Source of the DNA: Denitrobacterium detoxificans
GTDB taxonomy: Bacteria; Actinomycetota; Coriobacteriia; Coriobacteriales; Eggerthellaceae
Reading direction: 5' to 3'
Assembly (NCBI RefSeq): GCF_015062615.1
Contig: NZ_SUUH01000005.1
Location: forward strand, 16,061-80,060
Length of the DNA: 64,000 nucleotides
Both the position numbers and the translations under genes were made by a program. The notes below the pieces were generated by a model that had not been told where the DNA came from, ran no database searches, and saw only the letters and a list, made by a program, of their open reading frames with translations. This document shows, piece by piece, positions 44,649-53,164 of this stretch (position 1 is the first letter of the stretch; the number at the start of each line of letters is the position of its first letter).

Positions 44649-47600
44649 TTATTTCCTGCTCGCGGTTTTCTCGTCCTTGTACTTGGCATCTATCTCTTCA
44701 AGTGAGAGGGGTTTTGCAAAGTAGTAGCCTTGTAGGATGTCGCAGCCTGCTTCGGCTAGACGCGTTGCCTGCTCCTCGGTTTCCACGCCTTCCGCAAGCG
44801 TGCGCATTCCCAGCTTTTGCACCATGAGCACGATGCCCGCAATTACATCCCACGTGCGCGGGTTTTTATCGTCGCGCAGGAATTCCATGTCTAGCTTTAC
44901 GACATCGAAGTTGAAGTTCTTCAGCGAGTTCAGCGATGAGTATCCGCTTCCAAAGTCGTCCATCCACACTTCGAAACCCGCTGCCTTCAGTTCGTCGACG
45001 GCTTCCTGCAGCATTCCCGCATCGCTTATTGCCGCCGATTCGGTGAACTCGATATGTAGCAATGAACGCTCTACTCCCGCTTCATCCGCTCGTTTCGATA
45101 TTTCGTGCGTAACGTCAAATTTTGCAAGGTCATCCATCGAAATGTTTACGGAAATGGGAACGACGGGGAGACCCTGGCTCTTTTTTCGTGCGAGGTCGGC
45201 TGTTACGCAGTCGATCATATGGAGGTCTACCTTGTGCAGAACCCCTGCCTCTTCGAGTACGGGAATGAATTGAGCGGGAGAGAGAAAGCCAACGTTGGGG
45301 TCGATCCAGCGAGCGAGTGCTTCTGCGCCGCAGATGCGATGCGTATGGGCATCTACTTCGGCCTGATAATATGGTCTAATCCAGCGATGCTCTATGGCTT
45401 CGTCTACCGTTTCCAATACGTATGAGCGCATTTTCACTTCAGCGCCGAGTTCATCATCGTACCAGAGTAATTCCGATTCCCACGACTTCGAATGGCTATC
45501 GCAGGCGGTTCTCGCTCGATTGATTCCCGTTGTTGCGATGTCGTCGTCGGGCTGGCATGGAAATACGCCTGCTTTGAGGGGGAGGCGCAATGATTCGTGA
45601 TACGCGGAGCAAGCTTCGAAGACATTGAACGTTTTGGGTTCGACGTCTTCGAGTGGGGCGATTACGTAGAAATGTTCGTCTGACGCATGTGCGCAGTTTT
45701 CCCGTCCGAAAGCGGAGACGAGCTCCTTGCCAATTGCTCGCAGTATCTTGTTTCCGTTTTCATGGCCGTAATTCTCGATGTGGTTTTTGTAGCCCATCAA
45801 ACGGAATGCTATAAGCGCCGGCGTACCGCCGTTTTCCCGGATGCGCTCGGCGACTTCCGGCGCCGTTTCCAAAAAGCGCATCATGGAGGGGAGCCCCGTT
45901 ATGGGGTTGGTGTAGATGACAAGCCAGGTCTTGCCCAACTTATCGTCGCTTTCCCGGGCCCATCGTGACACGTGCGCGAAGTTCGTGATGAGCAGAATTG
46001 ATGCAAGGGTAAAGAGCCCCGCTGCCATGAGCATGGTGATGAGCCTGCGCTTTTGAAGATCCTGGATTTGCTCATGCAGCATGGTCTTGTTCGAGGCAAC
46101 GGTTTCGTTCGTTTCCGTATTGACGTCATACGACGAGGAAATGGCGGAATCGGCGGTTCGCTCGGATCCCATGAGCGTTTGATCCATCCAGGTAAACCCC
46201 ACGAACATGACGAGCGACAAAAGGCCAACCCATACGATGGTGGAGCGCCCGAAGCGCTTTTTCTTGTCGTGTGCGAGCAGGATGCGGAACGCGGCAAACC
46301 CCAATAGCCCCCAGATGGCAAAGAGGAAGTACGATTCGGGTTCCATGACGTCAGAGGAAATGAGGCCCGAAATGAGCAGGTAGCAGCCAAAAGCAATCAT
46401 GATCGCCGCACCCAACACTCCTGTGGTGCGCTCGGTGCGCTCGCCGCGCGCACGCGCTATTTTAAAGGTGGAGGCGGAGACGATTGCGTAGATGATGATG
46501 GCACCAATAGTGGTTACATCCACGATCCACCCAATGGCCGTTCGGCCAATGAAGGGCACCACGAACGATACAGCTCCTATTGCCAGCAATGCGTTCTGCG
46601 GGCTGCCCTGTTTGTTTACGTAGGCTAAACGCCCTGGCAATATGTCATCTTTTGCCAGGGCGTATGCCATGCGGCTGAGCGCGATGACGTTGCCGATGAG
46701 GCTTGTGAGAACGAGTGCGAGCAGGGCGAGCATCAGCAAGGCGACTCCGCCATCGCCTAGGAGGGCGTAGGCGGCATAAAACGCGGGCAGTGCTTCGATG
46801 CCGCTTAGATTGCCTAGGTCGGAAATGTATTCCAGCCAGTTTGCGTATTGCGGAGGATGCACCATCGTGGACATCAGCATTACGGCGATGTAGAGAATGG
46901 TGGTGAACACAATGGACGCAAGGAGGATCTTGAAGAGCTGCGTATGCGGAAAATTGAACTCGGGCGCCGAGTGAGATACGTTTTCGAAGCCTATAAATGC
47001 CCAGGGGGAAATGGATGCAATTAGGGCGATTTGCGATAGTTCGGAAGCGTTGGGAACAAAGCCGGGGTCGATGGAGAACGCCGGTGATCCCAGGCGTGAC
47101 GCACAGGCAATGAATGCCGCTAGGATGCTGATGGTGAACAGCGCCGACATGGCAACCATCGCTCGCATCGTCCACTTTCGCGAACGCATGCAAGCAAGCA
47201 CGGTAAGGATGATTGCCAGAATCGAGAGTGCGGCTTCGCCCAGGTAGATGTCGTAATCGAAGAGAGTGTAGTGGAAGCCGATTTTCAGTATGTCGCCTGC
47301 GAAGTATTGCGTGAACAACGGCAGGGAGGTCACGTTCGCCCAGAATACGGCTATGTACGTTAGGAAGAGGAACCAGGCCGTAAGGAAGCCGTGGTCGTGG
47401 CCAAATACTTCTTTCGCGTAGGTGTAGGCGCCTCCTGCGTCGGGAAAGCAGTTCACCATGTAATGGTAGTTCCGCGCGATGACGATCATGATGAGCGCTC
47501 CGAGCAGAAGTCCCAGGATGCTTCCCCATGCGCCGGCTTGGCGTAGGTAGCTGCTGGAAGTCACGATGAACGAGCCCCAGCCAATGCTGCAGCCTATTGA

Positions 47601-47669
47601 GAACGCCCAGACCCCAAGTTTGGATAGGTAGGGCGATAAAGAGGTTTCTGTCGATTCGTCCCTTCCCAT
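44649..47669 (-). CDS. APC-family amino-acid-permease-like domain fused to degenerate GGDEF and intact EAL (c-di-GMP phosphodiesterase) domains
   Basis: N-terminal about 470 aa form a 12-TM APC-like region, followed by extra TM segments. GGDEF position reads ASDEH. EAL motifs present: EALARW, VNIS, EFTES, DDFGSGYSS, KLD, AEGVETEEQ, QGYYF. Start uncertain (ATG 47669, 47708 or 47744). Confidence 0.85.
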   Translation of the reverse strand: MGRDESTETSLSPYLSKLGVWAFSIGCSIGWGSFIVTSSSYLRQAGAWGSILGLLLGALIMIVIARNYHYMVNCFPDAGGAYTYAKEVFGHDHGFLTAWFLFLTYIAVFWANVTSLPLFTQYFAGDILKIGFHYTLFDYDIYLGEAALSILAIILTVLACMRSRKWTMRAMVAMSALFTISILAAFIACASRLGSPAFSIDPGFVPNASELSQIALIASISPWAFIGFENVSHSAPEFNFPHTQLFKILLASIVFTTILYIAVMLMSTMVHPPQYANWLEYISDLGNLSGIEALPAFYAAYALLGDGGVALLMLALLALVLTSLIGNVIALSRMAYALAKDDILPGRLAYVNKQGSPQNALLAIGAVSFVVPFIGRTAIGWIVDVTTIGAIIIYAIVSASTFKIARARGERTERTTGVLGAAIMIAFGCYLLISGLISSDVMEPESYFLFAIWGLLGFAAFRILLAHDKKKRFGRSTIVWVGLLSLVMFVGFTWMDQTLMGSERTADSAISSSYDVNTETNETVASNKTMLHEQIQDLQKRRLITMLMAAGLFTLASILLITNFAHVSRWARESDDKLGKTWLVIYTNPITGLPSMMRFLETAPEVAERIRENGGTPALIAFRLMGYKNHIENYGHENGNKILRAIGKELVSAFGRENCAHASDEHFYVIAPLEDVEPKTFNVFEACSAYHESLRLPLKAGVFPCQPDDDIATTGINRARTACDSHSKSWESELLWYDDELGAEVKMRSYVLETVDEAIEHRWIRPYYQAEVDAHTHRICGAEALARWIDPNVGFLSPAQFIPVLEEAGVLHKVDLHMIDCVTADLARKKSQGLPVVPISVNISMDDLAKFDVTHEISKRADEAGVERSLLHIEFTESAAISDAGMLQEAVDELKAAGFEVWMDDFGSGYSSLNSLKNFNFDVVKLDMEFLRDDKNPRTWDVIAGIVLMVQKLGMRTLAEGVETEEQATRLAEAGCDILQGYYFAKPLSLEEIDAKYKDEKTASRK

Positions 47670-47880
47670 GGGAATAAGTGTAGTGCGTTTGTGCCATTTC
47701 GGATGCATTTGTGGTGCAAAGGTTATTTTGCGCGGGGAGTGCAATGTGGCTCGCCGGGGGCTTGGCTCATTGCATGCCGTAGAAATTGCTATTTATACAC
47801 TCCGAGTTAATGAAACTGGCGTCTCGCAAGGTGAAACTTGGGACTGGCGTATGAAAACCACGTACAACAAAGGGGGACTT

Positions 47881-48282
47881 ATGAAAAACGCCGTAAAGCC
47901 GCTTCTCATCATCTCGTTGATTCTGGGGGTTCTGAATTTGGTAGGGTTTGGAGTCTACTATGCGTATATCAGTGCTGGCGCCAGTACGGCGCTGAGCGCA
48001 ACGGGATTGGGCGGGTTGTCGTCTATCGCTCAATACAGTATCGATTACGCGTTTTCGCGTCTTGTGCCGTGGGCGATTGTGTCGGCGGTTGCCCTTGCTA
48101 TGAACATTGCAGCTTTGGCAAAGCGCGACATTGCGTTGCTCGCTCTCTTTGCGGGCATCCTCTACTTCGTGGCTGTCTTTATTGCGTATGGCGATTTTTG
48201 GATGGGCACCATCTTCGAAGCGGTTTTGTGCGTCGTTGCGTTCGTGATTCAGTTTATGGCTAGCAAAAAGTCGGAAGAGTAG
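47881..48282 (+). CDS. small 4-TM membrane protein
   Basis: ATG 47881 after AAGGGGGA; 133 aa, hydrophobic. Confidence 0.6.
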   Translation: MKNAVKPLLIISLILGVLNLVGFGVYYAYISAGASTALSATGLGGLSSIAQYSIDYAFSRLVPWAIVSAVALAMNIAALAKRDIALLALFAGILYFVAVFIAYGDFWMGTIFEAVLCVVAFVIQFMASKKSEE

Positions 48283-48448
48283 ACAGCTGGGGCGCAATGC
48301 CCCAACCTCCTGCTTTTGACCGTCAATTCCTATTATTACGACTTGTAAACCGCACGTCTCATCTGCGAAGAGTATTCTATAATGGCTGAAAGCCCTCGTG
48401 GCACTACATTGGCACTGCAACCGTAAACACGGTGAATAGGAGGCAGCA

Positions 48449-48970
48449 ATGAGTGGAAAATTCGGATGGTTTGTAGCAGGTGCAGGCATCGGTGCGGCGC
48501 TCGCGCTGCTGTACGCTCCCCGCACGGGCGTGGAAACGCGCGCGCTGGTTGCAGATAAGGCCAACGATGCTTGGGGCAGCGCTCAGCAGTTCGGAGCCGA
48601 AGCTCAGTCTCGCGGCCAGCAGATCTATGCCAATATGAAGGTCAAGGGCCAGGAAGTGTACGATAGCGCCAGCGCGAGTGCTCGTACGGTATACGGCCAG
48701 GCTTCGGAAGCCGCCCAGGGCGCCATCAGCGACGTGTCCGATCGCATGCGTACGGCCACGGGCAACGTGAAGCCCGTCTTCACCGAGCGTAACGACGAGC
48801 TGCGTGAGAAGATCGATGCCGCGCGTGCGCGCATCGCTGCGCAGGTGGCCAAGAACGCCGAAGAGGCGAAGGAGGCAGAGGCTCCTGCCGAGCCCATTCA
48901 GGCAGAGGCCGAGGTTGCCGATGCTGCGGAAGAGCCGAAGGAAATTGCCGAAGGCGCTTCCGAAGAATAA
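48449..48970 (+). CDS. YtxH-like general stress protein
   Basis: AGGAGG RBS. N-terminus GWFVAGAGIGAALALLYAPRTG followed by a long Ala/Glu/Gln helical region. Confidence 0.8.
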   Translation: MSGKFGWFVAGAGIGAALALLYAPRTGVETRALVADKANDAWGSAQQFGAEAQSRGQQIYANMKVKGQEVYDSASASARTVYGQASEAAQGAISDVSDRMRTATGNVKPVFTERNDELREKIDAARARIAAQVAKNAEEAKEAEAPAEPIQAEAEVADAAEEPKEIAEGASEE

Positions 48971-48989
48971 TATGTAGTGGTTCTTTTTG

Positions 48990-49020
48990 GGCGGCACCTC
49001 TACGGGGGTGCCGCTTTGTG
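48990..49020 (+). terminator. intrinsic terminator after the YtxH gene
   Basis: GCGGCACC..GGTGCCGC followed by TTTGTG. Confidence 0.65.
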
Positions 49021-49037
49021 ATTATCTGGGGGTCCGC

Positions 49038-49874
49038 ATGGCGGCAAGAACATACAGTACCAAGGCGCTTTCCGGTACGCGCGTAGTGGGCGGAAAGAGT
49101 GGCACCAAGCACATTGGCAAGGTGCGCTACTTCGTGTTTCATCCGTCCGAGAAACGTTGCGTTGGCTTTCTGGTAAAGCGCCCCGATTTGGCGCTCATGT
49201 TCCGCCGTAAGGACGAATTCGTTGCGCTCGATGGCTTCGAAATGGAAGACGGGCGCATTCGCATTCACGACGAAGACAAGTACGCGTGCGGCCGTCCGGC
49301 CATCAAGCGCCTGGGGCTCGACTGGGATCGTTGCACCATCTGGGAGCACATGCCCATCCTCACGGTAAGCGGCAAGGAATGCGGTACGGTGGGCGACATC
49401 GAGTTTCTGCAGTCCAGCGGCAAGATCGTGGCCGTTCGCCCCGACAAGGGCTCGCTCGACGCGGCGCTTCTGGGTCGCACGGTTATTCCCTCGAAGATGA
49501 TTAAGGGGTTCCGCCTGGGCATTGGCGGTGTGGCGGTTGCCACACAGCAGCAGGTGGGCGAGCAGTTGGAAGACGACGACGTCCAAACGGGCGCCATTCT
49601 GGTTTCCGACGAGATCTTCAGCCTTCAGTCGGAGGGCGGCCTTGCGGAAAAAGCGGGCGCGAGTGCTGCGATTGCGCAGGAGAAGATCCGCGAGGTTGCC
49701 GAGTCCGCTAAGCCAGGCATGAAGAAGGCGGCGAAGGCCACGGGCGAGGCCGTCAACAAGGGCGCGTATCTTACGGGGCGCCAGCTCACGCGTGCCAAGG
49801 GCATGTTCTCGGCGTTCAAGGAAGAGTACGACAAGGCTGTTTCGGGTGACGACCAGCCGAAGTCGGGAAAATAG
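49038..49874 (+). CDS. PRC-barrel domain protein
   Basis: ORF trimmed to MAARTYSTKALSGTRVVGGKSGTKHIGKVRYFVF..; two PRC-barrel-like halves. Confidence 0.7.
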   Translation: MAARTYSTKALSGTRVVGGKSGTKHIGKVRYFVFHPSEKRCVGFLVKRPDLALMFRRKDEFVALDGFEMEDGRIRIHDEDKYACGRPAIKRLGLDWDRCTIWEHMPILTVSGKECGTVGDIEFLQSSGKIVAVRPDKGSLDAALLGRTVIPSKMIKGFRLGIGGVAVATQQQVGEQLEDDDVQTGAILVSDEIFSLQSEGGLAEKAGASAAIAQEKIREVAESAKPGMKKAAKATGEAVNKGAYLTGRQLTRAKGMFSAFKEEYDKAVSGDDQPKSGK

Positions 49875-49889
49875 TGTGCAGGAGTTTTC

Positions 49890-50669
49890 GTGGGTGAGCA
49901 GATGGGGCAGAAGAAGCAGGAAGGCACGCGGAATGCGGAGGCCGTAAACGTCTTTGGGCATGTGGTTCCCAAGGCCGACCTGTTCAAGCTGTTGGGGCTC
50001 ATTGCGTTTTTCGTCGTTTCTATTGCGGCGGTCGTGGCCGTGTGGCCGTTCATTGGCGAGCTTTTTGAAGAGGGTGGCGTGGAGCGCGTCATCGCCAAAG
50101 TGCAGGACGCCGGTGTGTTTGGCGTGTGCATTCTGCTTGCCATGCAATTGCTGCAGGTCATTGTTGCGTTCATTCCTGGTGAAGTCGTGCAAATCGCTGC
50201 GGGTATGTTGTATGGCCCTTGGTTTGGCGCGCTCATCATCCTTGTGGGCTGCCTTATCTCCAGCTTCATCATTTACCTGATCGTGCATCGTCTGGGTCAG
50301 CCATTCGTGGAGGACATGGTTCCCACGAAGCATCTCGAGCGCTTTCGGGCGTTCGAGAAAAGCGGCAAGCTCGACATCATGGTGATCATCCTGTTCCTTA
50401 TTCCTGGTCTGCCGAAAGACGTATTCACGTATCTGGTGCCCCTTACTGAGATGCCCATGGGGCGCTATTTAGCCATTACCACGCTTGCGCGCATTCCGGG
50501 GGTCGTTATGTCAACCCTTGCCGCGTCGGGCCTGGCCGAGGGCAACTTTGCCATGGGCATTGCGGTGTTTGTCATCGTGGGTGTGCTTGCGGTTCTTGGC
50601 TTCGTCTTCCGCGAGCGCATTATGGCGCTGGGGACGCATGGGAAAGGCGGGGGAGATTCGCATGAGTGA
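49890..50669 (+). CDS. TVP38/TMEM64 (DedA-related) membrane protein
   Basis: Motifs FIPGEVVQIAAGMLYG and LIPGLPKDVFTYL. Confidence 0.85.
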   Translation: MGEQMGQKKQEGTRNAEAVNVFGHVVPKADLFKLLGLIAFFVVSIAAVVAVWPFIGELFEEGGVERVIAKVQDAGVFGVCILLAMQLLQVIVAFIPGEVVQIAAGMLYGPWFGALIILVGCLISSFIIYLIVHRLGQPFVEDMVPTKHLERFRAFEKSGKLDIMVIILFLIPGLPKDVFTYLVPLTEMPMGRYLAITTLARIPGVVMSTLAASGLAEGNFAMGIAVFVIVGVLAVLGFVFRERIMALGTHGKGGGDSHE

Positions 50670-50937
50670 GCAAACGTATGCGCCCCATCGGAGCCGCGTC
50701 GTGGCGGGGCTGCTTGCCTTGTTCTTCGGGTGCCTTGGCTTGCATAAGTTCTACCTTGGCTATTTTGGCGCGGGCCTTATGATGATGGGCATGTCTTTGG
50801 TGCTTGGCATTTTGAGCTTCGGCATTTCCGCAGGTGCCATGGCTGTTATTGGCATTGTCGAGGGCGTTATCTACCTTACGCGCACGCCCGAGGATTTCGA
50901 AATGCTGTACGTTCGCGATCGTCGCGAGTGGTTTTAA
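50662..50937 (+). CDS. TM2-domain membrane protein
   Basis: ORF trimmed to MSEQTY..; GLLALFFGCLGLHKFYLGY signature; 8-nt overlap with the upstream gene. Confidence 0.8.
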   Translation: MSEQTYAPHRSRVVAGLLALFFGCLGLHKFYLGYFGAGLMMMGMSLVLGILSFGISAGAMAVIGIVEGVIYLTRTPEDFEMLYVRDRREWF

Positions 50938-51060
50938 ATTCCCCCTCTTCTTGTTTGCGCGTGCATTCTGGTTGCTTTCGCGTATTCGTATTGTTCCCCT
51001 TCCGTAACAATAGGGCTATAATTTCTCCGTTTTTAGAGTCTTGAAATGGAAGGTTGGGTA

Positions 51061-52374
51061 ATGGACGAGTTCTTCAAGATTTCCGCTCGTGGATCGAGTG
51101 TGCGAACGGAGGTTATAGCCGGTCTGACGACGTTTCTTACCATGGCATATGTGGTCGCCGTCAATCCGGCTATGCTGCAATTGGTGGGCATGTCGTTTAA
51201 CGCGGCGCTCACTGCCACGTGCTTCGGTGCGGCTATCATGACGCTGATCATGGGCCTAGTTGCCAACCGTCCTGTTGCTTTGGCCACGGGCATGGGCCTG
51301 AATGCTGTGGTCGTGTACAGCATCTGCCTGGGTACGGGCGTCGACTGGCGCGTAGCTATGGCGTGCGTGCTGTTGGAAGGCCTGGTCATTCTGCTGCTGG
51401 TTGCGTTTGGCCTGCGCGAGGCCATCCTGAACGCAATCCCCACCAGCCTGCAGCATGCCATCGGCATTGGTATTGGCCTGTTCATCGCTTTCATTGGCCT
51501 GAAGGGCGGCGGCCTTATCGTGGATAGCAGCGCTTCGCTGATTACTATGGGCAGCATTCGCCAGCCCGTGGCCGTGGTGTCCATCTTGTCGATTGTTCTG
51601 GCCATTGGGTTTACCGTGCTGAAGGTACGCGGTGCCCTCATGTGGTCCATTCTCATTTCCACGATCGTGGGCATTCCGCTGGGCGTTACCGTGCTGCCTA
51701 CCGATTGGAATTTCGGCCTGGACTTCAGCGCTTTCGCCGCTCCCATTCAGACTACGCCTGAAGGCACCATTGCCATTCTGCAGGTGTTCCTGGAGCCCGT
51801 TCTGCTGATGTTCGTATTCAGTATGATCATGAGCGACTTCTTCGATACCATCGGCACCGTGTTCGCCGTGGGCGAGAAGGCTGGTTTCGCCGAGCATAAC
51901 GGCCGCATCATCGGCCTGCGCAAGATCCTGGTTGTTGACTCCATCGCCGCTGCCGTTGGTGGCTGGATTGGCGCAAGCTCCATTACGAGCTACGCGGAAT
52001 CCACTGCCGGCGCCGCCGCTGGTGCTCGTACGGGTCTTTCCAACGTGGTCGTTGCCGTTTGCTTCGTGCTGTGCGCGTTCCTGGCTCCCATCATTGGCAT
52101 GATTTCCAGCTCTGCTACCTGCGGTGCCCTGGTGGTTGTTGGCTATCTGATGATGAGCTCGATTGCGGATATCGATTGGAAAGATCCTGCGATGGCCATC
52201 CCGTCGTTCCTGACGATCGCTGGCATCCCCATGACCTACTCCATCACCGATGGTATCGGTTTCGGCTTCATCTTCTACTGCTTCGTGATGTTCGCCATGG
52301 GCCGCTTCAAGGAAGTGCATCCGCTCATGTGGGGTACGTCGGCTGCGTTCCTGGTGGCATACTTCATGATTTAG
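51061..52374 (+). CDS. NCS2/AzgA-family purine (guanine/hypoxanthine/adenine) permease
   Basis: ATG 51061, 7 nt after GGAAGG. MDEFFKISARGSSVRTEVIAGLTTFLTMAYVVAVNP is a typical PbuG/AzgA N-terminus. Confidence 0.9.
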   Translation: MDEFFKISARGSSVRTEVIAGLTTFLTMAYVVAVNPAMLQLVGMSFNAALTATCFGAAIMTLIMGLVANRPVALATGMGLNAVVVYSICLGTGVDWRVAMACVLLEGLVILLLVAFGLREAILNAIPTSLQHAIGIGIGLFIAFIGLKGGGLIVDSSASLITMGSIRQPVAVVSILSIVLAIGFTVLKVRGALMWSILISTIVGIPLGVTVLPTDWNFGLDFSAFAAPIQTTPEGTIAILQVFLEPVLLMFVFSMIMSDFFDTIGTVFAVGEKAGFAEHNGRIIGLRKILVVDSIAAAVGGWIGASSITSYAESTAGAAAGARTGLSNVVVAVCFVLCAFLAPIIGMISSSATCGALVVVGYLMMSSIADIDWKDPAMAIPSFLTIAGIPMTYSITDGIGFGFIFYCFVMFAMGRFKEVHPLMWGTSAAFLVAYFMI

Positions 52375-52379
52375 TGTCC

Positions 52380-52589
52380 GCGCTGCGGGGTGGGGGATGC
52401 CCTTGGGGGCACCCGCTCCGCTGCTCGCGTGGTTTCGGCCCCGCACGGGCCGAAACCTACGCTCGTGCGCTCGCTGCTTCATGCATATACTTGGATTTTT
52501 CGCCCAAGGCGAAAAATCGGGCCCAGCTGAGCTGGGCCTTTTTGTTTGCTTTCAGAGTGCCCCCAAGGGCATCCCCCACCCCGCAGCGC
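52380..52589 (+). repeat. structured mosaic repeat, copy G (short type)
   Basis: 23-bp perfect closing stem GCGCTGCGGGGTGGGGGATGCCC/GGGCATCCCCCACCCCGCAGCGC. The central module is two hairpins, the second being GGGCCCAGC-TGA-GCTGGGCC followed by TTTTT. Confidence 0.9.
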
Positions 52590-52639
52590 TACCCAATCCG
52601 CTTGTGCCCCCAGAAGCGCGCGCTTTGGGGCGCGCTTTC

Positions 52640-52844
52640 CCGATCGGGAATCGCCTCACGGGCGCGGGCGCCCTGCTGCGCGCCCGTCCGACGACCCTTG
52701 CAGTTATGCAATAGGAACCCAGCCGCAGCAGGGCGCAAAGCGAAGCGAGCGCCCGTACGGCGACCTCACGACCCGGCGAGTGGAACCCAACCGCAGCAGG
52801 GCGCGCAGCGAAGCGCCCGCGCCCGTGAGGCGATTCCCGATCGG
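52640..52844. repeat. second type of palindromic element: 31-bp perfect inverted arms enclosing two about 66-nt tandem units
   Basis: Arms CCGATCGGGAATCGCCTCACGGGCGCGGGCG (52640-52670) and its exact complement (52814-52844). Tandem units start with GGAACCCARCCGCAGCAGGGCGC at 52714 and 52782. Confidence 0.85.
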
Positions 52845-52905
52845 TCCCAGGTCCCCAAGAGGTCCCGCACGGATGGGACGGGCTGTGGCGCAACCACCGG
52901 TTGTA

Positions 52906-53140
52906 GGGCCGGCCCGCGTCCCCCTGCGGGGGCACTCTGAAAGCAAACCAGAAACGCGCTATGCCCGGGGCTTCCGGAGGCGGAGCGGAAACGCAGTTTC
53001 CGCAAACGCCTCGGAAGCCCCGGGCAGCGCGAAGTAAAAGCATGAAGCAGCGCAGCGCACGAGCGTAGGCCTGGGCCCGTGAGGGGCCCAGGCCACGCGA
53101 GCAGCGGAGCGGTGCCCCGCAGGGGGACGCGGGCCGGCCC
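52906..53140 (-). repeat. structured mosaic repeat, copy H (long type)
   Basis: Closing stem GGGCCGGCCCGCGTCCCCC/GGGGGACGCGGGCCGGCCC. Lies 24 nt downstream of the stop of the 1282-aa gene. Confidence 0.9.
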
Positions 53141-53164
53141 CGGGACAGAACGAGGGGGTAAGGG

